Of a DNA stretch of 64,000 nucleotides, positions 19,978-34,805 are shown piece by piece (position 1 is the stretch's first letter; each line of letters begins with the position of its first letter). The translations under genes and the position numbers were made by a program. The notes under the pieces were generated by a model, which did no database searches, was not told the origin of the DNA, and was given only the letters and a program-made list of their open reading frames with translations. Source of the DNA: the human T2T-CHM13v2.0 reference genome, Homo sapiens; NCBI RefSeq assembly GCF_009914755.1, contig NC_060934.1. One strand, given 5' to 3'.

Positions 19978-22504
19978 GGCTTAGACAGACTCAATTGTTT
20001 ACTTTTTTCAATTTCTATTACATGTTTTTCCATCTCCGTTGCCTAGAATGCCCTTTTCATATTTTCCCAAATGTGCAAATCTTGCTTCTCCTTTAAGGCC
20101 CATGGAAAATGACATTTTTCTGTGGGCTCTCCCTGTGTCCCCTGACATGAATCCAATTCTCATGCCATTTCCACCGATTCCTCCCAAACACCACTTCCTT
20201 TCTATCTGGATAATAAATTTTCAATTTTGATTATAAACTTAATGTCAGCAAGGCTCTACCTTTATTTTCCTCCGTGACTAGAAGAACATTGTACAGGCCA
20301 GCACAGATCCTTTATGTTAATGTGCTTAATATCACAGCACACACCATGATTATAAATGAGGCTGTAAACACTTTGGTTTGTAATTCATTCTGAGATTCTT
20401 GCCTTGGCCTGCATGTGAAACTATGCTAATTCTAGGCTATGTACTTTAAAGTCATTATCTAATTTTTTACCCCACTTTCCCACTTGAGTTTGATGGCCAT
20501 GACTTCTCCTCCACAAATTCTGTTTCTTCTGCCAGGACACACCACCTCCGATTTTCCTTCTAATAAAACTTAGGCCTTAAAATTCTTATTTCTCAGAACT
20601 GCTCCATTGAGTACCCCCTAAATCCCCACTCCCTGCCCCTGCCTCACCCTAGCTTCATGGATGCTCCCAGTAGGTGGTCCGTAAGTATTTGTTGAATGAA
20701 GAGTTCCTTGGAGTAGGTGGAAGAAAGTGGCTGTGTAATTGGAACAAGATACAGGGCAGTGATAGGACAAAGGCACAGACATTTATTTCCAGTCTTAGTA
20801 GCTGTGCTCATAGCTGCACCCACGCACTCTCTCCCCACATAGATACCACACCATCACTAGAAAGAAACTGGTACTAAACTTACATTTGAAATCACCCTAG
20901 TCAGTCTTGAGGATACACCACTCAATTATTATAAGCTTTTTAAAAATAAAATCACCTCATTTAAGTCTTTTTTACATTATGACGCGACTGTTTGTTTCCA
21001 AAGTCTTAAGAGCATTTTGTGCCATTCCCTGAAGTGAAAAGAAATAAATTAGGCATAAATTATAAAAGGCCTGATATGGCTTTTACATGATTCTTAAAGA
21101 ATATGGTCATTTTACATTGAATATTTGGGTCCTATATTGTTTAGTTGCAAACAAAACATCCATCATCATCATCAACAGTAGATGAAAGAGAATATGTTTG
21201 CTTCCCAAAGCTTGATACTTAGAAAATTAAGTGCTTTCAGTTCGCAGATATGACAACTTCTCTACCAGAAAAACAAATAAAAAACCCATACAAATAAGCA
21301 CATAGCTTTCCATTTTAAAGAGATAGTCTAATGCTCTTACTGAAGTGTGTGCTAAATACATCATAACTTAATCAGAACAAGTTGCTGTTTTTACAAAATA
21401 GTCCTGTCTATGCAGAGAGAGATAATGCCAGTCACTTCACATGACTTGTACTTCAACAGACAAAGTGTCATACTGGGACTTTTTATCATTTTGATTAGAA
21501 ATTGGGAGTTTCTACACTCCCAGAAAACAAAGAAGGAAGGGGAATAGTAATGGCTTCCAGCATTTACCTGCCAATGAATATAATCTGAAAAAGGTCATTG
21601 AGGTATAATCATTCACTCAGCAAAAATGTACTGAGTACCTACTATGTGTCAAGCATTATTCTTAGGATATATCAGCGGAACAAAAATTCCTATCCTCATG
21701 GAGTTTATGGCTTTCCATGCTAAAATATGAATACAAGTGATCTCCAGTGCATGCCCTAGCCCAAATACTTTGTTCTTTTTATATTTCACATGCTTCTCTA
21801 GGGCAATCTTGACTTTCTTCCCTACTTATCAACACACTCAATATATATCTCTTTTAGAAATTACAGATTTTCAGTAACAACTTATAAAAATATGATCTCT
21901 TTATACCCAACCACATCACTGAAAATAAATTAGGTATCTCTGGAAGCTGTTTTAGCCCTGTCAGGTTATTGGATACTACTTGGTGAGAGCAACAGATAGA
22001 TATAACAAAGCAATACTACATAGTGACTCAAACTAGACCGTGATTGGAAAACTTGACTTATTTTAGAACCACATATTTTAGAACCACATTTCTCTCTTGT
22101 GATTTTGGAAAATCTAAGTACTTAGGAGGGTTTGCCTAATTGAATGTGTATTCACCACAGGGAAAATACCCTAGGTTTTCATCATGATTTTTGTTAATTA
22201 GTGAATCTTATTTATGGAAAGAACACTTAAGAGGATCTAATTCTTCTACTTCTCAATAATGAAATTCTCTCTCCAATATTTTTGTCAAGGTACACCCTAT
22301 TTTGCTTTTGTTTAAACACTTCCAGTAATGAGGTGATAGCTCACTATGGCTTAAAACAACTTATTCTTTTTCTGCCTATCCTTTAAACTATGGGCCCAGG
22401 ACTCAGCATGAAATTCTTGATGTGGACATTCCTGTGCCAAGTATATTGAAAATTTCCTTCTATTTCACAAGCTAAGTATCATAACCATTTTATTTTATTT
22501 TTCA

Positions 22505-22606
22505 TGTCATATGAATAATGTGCTAGTGTCATAACAAGGTTTGAAGGAGGCACGTATCACACGTGAGCATGAAAATCCAATGATCAAACTTACACTACAA
22601 AAAGAT
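22505..22606 (-). pseudogene. U13 (SNORD13) snoRNA retrocopy
   Basis: Minus strand ATCTTTTTGTAGTGTAAGTTTGATCATTGG...AAACCTTGTTATGACACTAGCACATTATTCATATGAC is colinear with U13; A-rich tail follows (22487-22502); box C reads TGATCA and box D reads ATGA. Confidence 0.88.
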
Positions 22607-23499
22607 CAATTATTTCAATGCTATAAGTCAGTCCCCATATCACGCTACTGACTTATACTGTTAAGTCACCTAAATTAGTACTTTTAACTTTCTGGACTTT
22701 TCAGGCCACAAATATTTTTCAAAGAAGAAGGAGACACAGGAAGGAGAAGGAACTGACATAGGGTGGGTATATTTTTATTTTTTTATTAGTAAAGTAAAAA
22801 AATATTTTTTATTGATTGATAAATAATTTATTTGTTGCCAAAAATAAAAATGTAAAAAACTATTATCTACTTTATTATTTCATAAATCAAATATTTCTGA
22901 TAAATATAAAGTAGTAAATATAAAACCTGAGAATGAAAAGTTGAATAAATTTCACTATATGAAAAAAAGCTAACTACACTGAGCTACTTTTGCTATAGAC
23001 CATGAAAATGCTTTCATAGATCCAGGTTTGAAATTCATTGAACAAGAGAGCAAATGTCCCTCTCAACTCCTGATGACCCATGTGCTTTTGATGTGCAATC
23101 GTTTCACTATATGCTCGTGCAATAGGTTGTATTTAAGCTAAGGCCCTGACTTTATATTTGCCCTTATTTAATTTCAGCTTATGAGTTTTCAAACATTAGA
23201 CCATTCTACCTTTCTCAGTTTTGTGCCTTACACAAATATAAAATGTTTACTTTTTCAGTATTCTTCCAAGTCACTTGTTAAAGTGGAGCAAGGATTAAGC
23301 CCTATAGATGGCTTTATCCTTCCACCAGGTTGAGTATAACTGTTCACACACCTGTAGTACTCCAGCAATCATCCAGATCACATTTCTCTCTTTCATAAAA
23401 CAGACAGATCCATTAGAGGATCTAAGGATTGGGTTTCAAAAGGCTTCTAGACCCACTTTTCACCCAAGATTTGTTTGTGCCCCCCACAAAATACCTTGG

Positions 23500-23930
23500 T
23501 CAACTAGTCACTCTCCTTGTGTTAAATGTCTGCAGTGTTGAGAAACTCCAAATCCTGTGTTCTCAATAAAGTCCAATTCCTGTCAGGATAGCTCTGTTAA
23601 AAAACTCATCTCTATATTGAGATAAAATTTGCATTCTTCTAACATCTGCTCATAGGTTGTATTTTGCCCCTCGGGGCCCTTCAGAACAAGTCATTCACAT
23701 CATAGTCCTTTAAAGATATAATGAGAGTGATTGTGTTCCTCCAGGTCTTTTCCTGGCTAAAAATTCCCTATTGCTTTTCTGAGGTGTTCATATGATATAG
23801 TTTCAACTCATGTCACTATTTCAAATATCTCTGCTAAATATGCTCCAAGTGACAAATCTTTTTTGAAGGGTGATACCTATAACTGGGCAAAGCTTTACAG
23901 TGTGGTCCTTTGTACACAGTAAGAACCAGA
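23500..23930 (-). mobile_element. L3/CR1 relic
   Basis: caggatagctctgtt...tatattgagataaaatttgc...ttttgcccctcggggccttcagaacaagtc resembles antisense L3. Confidence 0.6.
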
Positions 23931-24274
23931 ACAACTCAATTCACTGAAACCTACGTGAATTCAATTGTACTTAACAAATAGAAACTCAGGGCCACCCTAT
24001 TAGCTCCTCCTGACCCAGGACTTAACTGACTCACTCTAAAATCAATCTAGCCTATGAATTCAGATCTCATCTTTGGTCAGTATCTATACATAAAATAGTC
24101 ACTGTAAAGGATTTTTTTCTATCAGTTACAGCTCAAAGTAATTATACTGTCTTTTTTTCATCTTATTAAAAATAAGACACACCATATTAAGAAAAATATC
24201 AAGAAGCTGTTGCCAAAATCATCCCTGCCCTCTATGAATATAGAATGATTTATCATTCTAGCAACCTTCTCACT

Positions 24275-24590
24275 GATTTATACACTGAACAAATATTTAT
24301 TGAACATCCAATATATATTTTATTTCTGCTAGGTACAGGGGATATTAATGGTGAATAAGGGAGATCAAATCATTGACTTCATGAACTTTCTGTGTGAGTG
24401 TGTTATATATAATAAAGGTAACAAATTAATATAAAATATAACTTCAGGTTGTGATATAGACTCTAAAATAAATAAATATGGTAACATAATAAGTCACAGC
24501 TGGAGGAGTGATTTAGGGAGAAGGGAGATTGATCTCTGAGAAGATGATATTTAAGCTGAGTCCTCATAAACTGAACATAAAAGAAGTTGT
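24275..24590 (-). mobile_element. L2 3' end (target of the L1PA3 insertion)
   Basis: aacaaatatttattgaacat...gatatttaagctgagtcct. Confidence 0.65.
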
Positions 24591-24593
24591 CCA

Positions 24594-27016
<2,423 letters not shown>

Positions 27017-27199
27017 GAAGCTGTCCATATGGCCATATGTGAAAAAAACACTGGTGAATTACCAAGTGCAAACATAATATAATGTTTATATAAACTTGTA
27101 CATGTGTACGTGTATTTATGTTTATAAGTATATATGAACATGTGTATACAAATATATATTAGACAATGGAAATATTTATAAGTCCTTATGGGATGTGTG

Positions 27200-27900
27200 T
27201 GAAACAATGGTAGAATTTCACAATAATTGAGAAAGGATCAACTATTTAATATATGATGGTGGCCCAAATGTCAACACTACTAAATGAAATGATCTCTACC
27301 TCATGTTAGACATAAAAATATATTTCAGAGGGAATAAATATCTGTATGTTGAATAATAATACTTTACTCTTTTAACAACATAATGTGGGAAATATGTGAC
27401 AAATTTGTTGATAGAATGTCTTAACGAGGTACAAAACCACAAACCAGGACACCCAGTAGGTGCTCCATAACTATATATTAAAATAATTAAAAGATAAATC
27501 ATATGTTTACCTTAAAGTTCTTCAAATCTTCTGTGACTGAAAAATTATTTAAAAAATATTTCAAAAGACATGGGCAACAGAGATATTTTTAACAAACCTA
27601 AGCAAATTAATTACAAAAAAGACAACCTAACAAAAATCGGAAAATTGGAAAACGATATAAGCAAGTCACCGAATTAGAAAGCCAAATAGTCAATAAATAT
27701 TTGCAAAAAGAATGTTCTCACTAGGAATCAGAAAATTACACATTAAAACCAATGAGAGATACTTAATCCTCTTCAGATTGAAAAGGCATTTTAAAAAGTG
27801 ATAACCTTGAGCATTATTCACAATGTGCAGAGATGAAAACACTTAAAGAGTGTTGATGGGAGTATATTTCATTCAACTACTTTAGAGACCTCATTGCAGT
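27200..27900 (+). mobile_element. Ancient L1 (L1M/ME) fragment
   Basis: Degenerate ORF2 3' motifs (ctcactaggaatcagaaaattacacattaaaaccaatgaga). Confidence 0.5.
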
Positions 27901-28610
27901 ATTCTGTTCCCTCTGGAGTTTCATAGAAAATTGACATCAGTTGGGAGATCTCAGCTGCAGGTCCTCTAGATCCCACTTTTCCAGCTTGTTCTTACTTGTT
28001 AATCAACATTAAGTCCAAAGAAGCAGTTTCCTTCACAGTTTCCTTAATATTCTTAGAGATGAAATTGTCAGCAAGGCAAATCAATAATTTAACACATGCC
28101 CTACTTTTTGTAGACTGAGACTCTCAGGAGACGTCCAGAGACTTAAAGTCCCTAATCTTTGTTATATTTCTCATCCTTATAACATTTGTGGTCTTTATTA
28201 GGAAGTATCCGTATTATATCCTGCTTCTTCTCAGATAAGAGTGTTTAAAATTTCTCTATGTGTATCTTGATTCATGGCTTCAAAACCATTTGTCATGTAG
28301 AAATAATTCCCTAAAAGTGTGTCACTCTTCAGATTTTAAGAAACATCTGAATTACCGACAAGAAAATATTTCTTAACTTTTTTCAAACCGATACCTTCTT
28401 TGATAAAAGAAAAAAAGAGTCAATTCTTTCAGCTGATTTGAAATTTCAAAATAAATAATTACTAAAAATAAATCAAATCATTTGGACAAAGCACCTTTGC
28501 CTCAGGAGATTCCAATATGGCCACTTAAAGAATGTCAGTCTTTTTCTCTACTCTCTTTTTAAGAATCGCCTTAGGACAATTCTGTCTTCCATGCTTCAAA
28601 TAAACATTTT

Positions 28611-28883
28611 GGCTGGGCACGGTGGCTCACGCCTGTAATCCCAACAGTTTGGGAGGCCGAGGTGGGCAGATCACTTGAGGTCAGGAGTTCGAGACCAGCC
28701 TGGCCAACATGGTGAAACCCCATCTCTATTAAAAATACAGAAATTAGCCAGGCATGGTGGCGCATGCCTGTAATCCCAGCTACTCAGGAAGCAGAAGTTG
28801 CAGTCAGTCGAGATTGCGCCACTGCATTCCAGCCTGGGCAACAGAGCGAGACCTGGTCTCAAAAAAAAAAAAAGAAAAAAAAA
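28611..28883 (+). mobile_element. AluS (Sx/Sz-like) with ~30-bp right-arm deletion
   Basis: Alu consensus with cagctactcaggaa joined directly to gcagaagttgcag; A tail ends 77 nt from the exon donor. Confidence 0.92.
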
Positions 28884-28960
28884 TAGTGTATTTTCATATG
28901 CATAAAAGCATTAGGAATTATATATAATTTTACACACAAAAAGTAACTTAGTTGTCATAC

Positions 28961-29053
28961 CTGTGGACACAAGGTTTCCAAATGATTGGCTGCAATTTTG
29001 ACAATTTTAATTCCATCTTCATTTGTTGACATGGAACAAGCAAGATTTGCCAC
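28961..29053 (-). CDS. CTNNA3: Internal coding exon of alpha-T-catenin (catenin alpha-3), 93 nt / 31 codons, phase 0-0; probably exon 10 (M-domain region)
   Basis: Minus strand reads ...ttttggattgtatttaAG|GTG GCA AAT CTT GCT TGT TCC ATG ... TTG TGT CCA CAG|GTatga. Translation VANLACSMSTNEDGIKIVKIAANHLETLCPQ is open and matches alpha-T-catenin as I recall it (alpha-E-catenin paralogue: VANLACSISNNEEGVKLVRMSASQLEALCPQ). Canonical AG/GT ends; branch-point-like TGCTAAT with the A at about -38 (29091). Exon number is from memory. Confidence 0.96.
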
Positions 29054-31419
29054 CTTAAATACAATCCAAAATAATGGAAATTATTTTAGATTAGCAAGGA
29101 AATGCAGCAACACTTATACTGAACAAGAACATGTACACATTCATCAAGAATCTCAATGACAAATAACATTCTCAAAATCATCACTGGTATCTATTTTATG
29201 AAAGAATTCAGAGAATCTATTAAAGCAAATAACAATAAAAGGACCTAGATAATTGTTTAAAATGAGGAGAGACTAGTGAGAGAATCAGTAAACCCTATAC
29301 AGTCTCTTGGTATCAACATCTAACCCATAATAAGAAGCTATTGTGAGACTGGAAAAACAAAAGTTTATCTGTGGATTGAATGCTAATAGGTTTTTGGAAT
29401 CTCATATGATTGTGATTTATTTTAAATTTGTAATTGGTTTATTATTTCCCAGAGGTCTATTACTCATATTTAAGTTGCATTAAGTATGACTGTATCTTTA
29501 TACATTTTGTTTGCATCAAATATACTACAAAGCTGAACAAATACAAGATAATTAACTTCTTCCTGCTCTTGATTTTCCACTACAACTTCATGGGCACTGT
29601 TTGACATTCCTGCAGTGCATTTGATTCAAGCATTAGTGACACCCACATTTCTCTTATATTATTGCTTTTGAAATTTACATTTTCTTCCAACAAAATGAGT
29701 GCTGTTTTAATTACCATTATGTCCATGACCTAAATCCAAGGTTTACAAATACTTTCTTCAGACCATGAAAGAGCCATGATGAAGAGTGAGAGGTTATTTT
29801 CCCTTCCTCTGCACCCCACTCTTGTTCAAGATTCTTCTTACTAACACAGTAAGGCTTATGGACAGAGGCAATGTTTTCTCTGATCTACAAAATATCTCAT
29901 TGTCTTTATCATTGCAAGGATTTACTTTATCTAACAGTAATTTTTCTAACTTTTAAAATATCTCTGTCAGTTGTTTTATACTTTAACGCATTGCAGTTTT
30001 TCCTGCTAAGATCTAAAATACATCCAGTTGCGGAGAAACTACCCATTAGCCACATGCAGTGGAAATAAACAACATATGACTTTGGATCACTATTTTAAAA
30101 GTACCACAAAATGTTATTTAAATGGATTTACAGTCTTTGCTTTTTTATAACATTTCTTTTAATATGCCAATAGTGAAATAACTCCTCGGTTTTCATTCAC
30201 ATATAATGAAATAACAGCCATACATTATTTAACTGTGGAAGGGCATTGCTCACTTTATTAATGTACATGGGGATGGCTTACTTGAAAAGGTCTTTTGTTG
30301 GCTTGAAGGTCACAATGCCTCAACTTTCATAATTTCTGACACATAATTAGCACATTTGTGAGTTGTTTGAAAAGGGCAACAGTTTCTGTGCCCCTTTCCA
30401 ATCCCCAAACCCCAATCACTAAAAGTGAAACTTGACAGTCTAATTGCTTTAATTTGTATTATATTAATTCACACTGCATTTGCAAAAAATACTGACCTGT
30501 AAAATTGAGCACTGTTTGTTTAAAGTAAAAAAATAAAAATAAAAATAAAAATCATTGGCTCAATGTGGTCAAATTAGAAGAATGCTGGTTAACCCAAAGC
30601 TTAGAAATTATAAAAAACTGGCCCTATGTAGATACTTTTTTATTTTACTTACTTATATTTACTGTATCCTCATTTTCTTCTTTTTCCTTTTGAAAGTATA
30701 CATTCTTCTTCTGGATATTTGCTGGCCACCAGGCTTATTAAAAGCCAATTAAGTGACTGACATAGTATAGAAATTATGTTAAACACAGTGTGTGTTTATA
30801 TTAGCAGAATTAATTTTATACAACCCTCTAATGAAAATACAACACAACTGAAAGTTGTGTTTTCTACTCAAAGTTTTCTGCTCAGTCATCATACTAACAC
30901 TCTTTTTGTCTTCATGTATTCTATGCCTGCACATACTTGAACTTCTCCTTACCAGAACTGTTCTGTCAAAGTTACTAGGTAATAAGAGTATATTTCAAGT
31001 CATGTGCAGTTTTAGTGCTATTGTGTACAAACAAGGTCGAATTTTAAGATACGTAATATCTGTGACAAAACAGAAAAGTGTTAGAAATAAAATATCTTTA
31101 CATTTCAAATTTGAATGATTTTATGACATATTTTCTAATGTTACATCAGTGTGTGAATAAAGCCAAATTTCTTCTAATGATGATTCTTCCTAAATTCTGC
31201 ATGGCTCTTTAGTCAAGTATGTTCCCAAGAACAGTAGAAATGTAATTCCCTGCTGGTCAAAGAATACAGCCTGCAAATAAGATGTTCTGTAAAAATAGTT
31301 TTAGATATTTGGACATTTGATATCCTTTGTGTATCTGCGCAAAATGTGGGCAAAGCTTTGTTGGTATTCGTAAGATCTCTGTAGAATGTTTCTGCTCACT
31401 GAGGGAAACAAGGATATCG

Positions 31420-31625
31420 GGAGTTTTTGGAGACAAACAGATTTGGGTTTGAACCCAATTCCTACAGTTAATAAGCTTCTGATCATGAGCAAGATATTAA
31501 ATTATTCGACCTTGTTTTGTCACTTATAAAATGAGTATGATAATGATGACCTCACTGGGATGCTTTGAGAATTAAACGAGATAATGTATGGGGAGAGTCT
31601 GAAGCCTGGTGGCCCTCACCATGTA
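31420..31625 (+). mobile_element. MIR
   Basis: ttggagacaaacagatttgggtttgaacc...ataaaatgag...gagaattaaacgagataatgtatg. Confidence 0.75.
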
Positions 31626-31760
31626 TGAATTGCCTTCCATTTAATCTATCTCTCAACTAATGGAAAGAAAAAGAAAAGAAAAAAAGAAATTTCATACTCT
31701 CAGAGGTTTTGTAGAATTAAAGCCTTAGGAGCCTAAAGAAATTTAACAATATGTCTGACC

Positions 31761-31998
31761 CAAGAGCCACAAACTCAAATGCTTTCAAGAGCCATGCAGG
31801 GGATGGGATACAAACATTGAGTCTAGATTGAACTCAGTAGTAGGCTGGGGTTGTGGGTCCCCAGACAAAATGATTATGTATGCCCTACTGAAAGGCATTC
31901 ATTAAAACGAGAGAAATGAAAGGAAAAACTCAATGTCTTAGCCAAACTAACAGTCTGTTGGCTTACTTTAGTTCACAGGTCACCATTTTGTGACATTT
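31761..31998 (-). mobile_element. MER102-type hAT fossil
   Basis: cacaaactcaaatgc...gccaaactaacagtctg...caccattttgtgac resembles reverse-complement MER102. Confidence 0.55.
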
Positions 31999-32653
31999 AA
32001 CCCCACTCTCTAATCTTATATTGTATAAATAAGAAAACAAAATTAAGCAGGGGGATGAAACATACTCAAACCAACCAATGGCAGGGCGACTATTAACTAG
32101 CAATATGTGTATGTCCTTTTTGCTACCCTGAAGAAAGTCTTGAAAAGCATTCTGGCATTGAAATGATTGACCAGACTTTTTATTGGTATTTTGCTACATC
32201 CTTAACCAAGTCTACAAAAAGCAGAATCTAAATTATCTTAAATAAATGGGACAAAAGGTAGTTATTTAAATTTACACATTTATTGAAAAGAAAAACCTGG
32301 GACAAAATGTTCTTTCATTTTTATGAAAGATTAAATTACATCCTTAAAATAATTACCAATATTGTAATAATTTAAAAACAAACAAGAAGTCTTCAAACAG
32401 GGATATGTGTCTTGTTATGAGAGGAGAGTGAAGTTTTTTATTAGCATCCCTCTCTTGCAGCTCTTTCCTTCCCACCATTCCTTCTGCCCTCTAAAATGTA
32501 TGGTATATTCTAGGCCCTTTAAACATGGCTGACCTTATTGCCCTATTTGGGCTCTAAAAAACATTGTAGATGAGAACGCCTAGCCAGACAATTCCTCAGC
32601 TGAACAATCATGTTAATGTTTGTTCCCTTCCTTCTGGTTCCTAGTTCAAGTTC

Positions 32654-32956
32654 ATTTTATTTACTTATTTATTTAGAGACCAAGTCTCACTAGGTCGCCC
32701 AGGCTGGAGTGCAGTGGCTCGATCTAGGCTCACTGCAACCTCCACCTCCTGGGCTCAAATGATCCTCCCACCACAGCCCCTCAAGTAGCTGGGACTACAG
32801 GTGCGCACCACCACACCTGGCTAATTTTTGTATTTTTTGTAGAGACGGGGTTTCGCCATGTTGGCTAAGCTGGTTTTGACCTCCTGACCTCAAGCAATCC
32901 ATCTGCCTCAGTCTCCCAAAGTGCTAGGATTACAGCCATGTGCCATGGCACTGACC
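32654..32956 (-). mobile_element. AluJ
   Basis: Antisense Alu; TSD CCTAGTTC(A/C)AGTTC at 32640-32653 and 32957-32970. Confidence 0.92.
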
Positions 32957-34468
32957 CCTAGTTCCAGTTCTGTATACTAGTTAGTATGTTTCTGTCATGA
33001 TTTCCATTTGCTGGACTTTGAGTCTTTTCTTTCACTCAGCAGAGAACATAGTATCCTTCACTCCCTAACCCATGGTTTCAGGTGAGAAATTCCCTGTTGT
33101 GGAGCCTGGCCTTGTAGAATCCTGACACCTAGGCTAGTTCTGTCCCTCACTCTCTATCAAGGTCAGGAGGATGATCAGGCTTGAAACAAAAGAATGAGTC
33201 ACCAGTGGTAGAGCCAGGGACAGCAACGAAACAGATATTTTGAGATGGAAAATTTTCTCAATGACCCTTTAAAAAAGATCTACCATACTATAGGTTAAGT
33301 CTGCTTTTCATCATTACTTTGTTCTAATCTGGTAAAGATATTCTATTTTAAATAAATTGAATATCAGAGCATGGTATGTTTTAACGTTCTAGTATTAAGT
33401 TTTATCTGAAATCTCAGGGGCACTGGTAGTGTTCTCAGTCATCTTAGAAAACTGAAATGAAATCATTGTTAGGAATGAGTACACTATTTGGACAGCTGCT
33501 TATCACATATCATTCAGTCTGTCACCAAGAAGTTCCCACACAGGTATTTACCTGTAATATGATCTCTCCAGAACACGAAGCAAACCTTGATGTTTGCTGA
33601 GATTTTCATTGTCACACATTCATTGTTTATATATTGTTCATATAGTTAAATTGTAATATCATGTCACCACGTCTCCTAGCTCTCAATGGGGGAGAAAGGT
33701 CACTGTCTCATTTTCATGCATTTTCCCATCTGGCAATTGGTCATGCAACTCTTGTGTAAATACTTCCAGAGGCAGATAATTTATTGTCTTCCAGGGCAGT
33801 CTAGTCCCATTGCAGGACAGCCCAAAGTTACAAAGTTACACAAGTTATGAAGTTCTTCTTTATAAGGAGATGAAATATTTCTCTCAACAAATTTCTCCTA
33901 CTTGTTCTAGAATACAGAATGGCAAATATATTCAATAATGGAAATAAAATGGGGCCTACAAAAAATCCAAATCAATAGTCCTCAACTTGTGGGATAAGAG
34001 AGATGGTAAGAGTAATAGAATCACCAGTAAATAGCTATTAAAAAGAAAAGTCCAATTCCCTTCTGTCAAGATATTCTGATACATTAAGTGTGTATATGCA
34101 TGGAAGACAGAGGTGTAAGGACTGTATAATTAGATTTTTTAAAAGTTCTCCCAGGTGATTCTGATATACCACCTCCCCCATCTCCAACACATACACACAC
34201 ACAACAACAACAACAACAACAACAATACACACATGACAACACACAGATACATACTAGGATTTTGGTTAATTTTCATGTGTTTGAATAGACAGTCTTTCCC
34301 GAAGATAAATGTACTGAGGTGAAAGTCTAAAAAAGAATGACCTGAACATGTGTGGGATAGCGTAGGAAGTTTAATAGAAAGCTTCACACATTAGAGGCAA
34401 GAAATAATGACTTAAACTTCTACTTGAGAAATAGAGAAAAGGCTAAAAATTAAAATAAGAAAATCAAG

Positions 34469-34805
34469 TGTAGGGGATATTCTGGCCTTCCATCCAAAAT
34501 CCATTCCTCCCTTTGGTAATAACACTGATTTCCCTCGGAGAACAGTTCTTTTTCTAACCTAGTGGTGTAAAGTCTTGGTACGACTGTCAATCAAGGATCC
34601 TGGTCCTCCCCTAGGTCTAGCCTGGGCATATCCCTTACTTACTAGTGCCACCTACAGCCCTGAATCACTCTTTGTTCTGTCGAATCTTAGCCTTCTTTCA
34701 TTCTGATTTATGTGCATTACCTTATGTCTTCCATAAAGTCTTTATTTTCTTTTTAAGTAAGCCAAATTTATTTTCCTTTGCATACAACCAGAGAACCACG
34801 ATTCT
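34469..34805 (+). mobile_element. MLT1-type MaLR LTR
   Basis: tgtagggg...ccattcctccctttggtaataacac...ccataaagtc..ttttaagtaagcca...catacaaccagaga. Confidence 0.55.
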
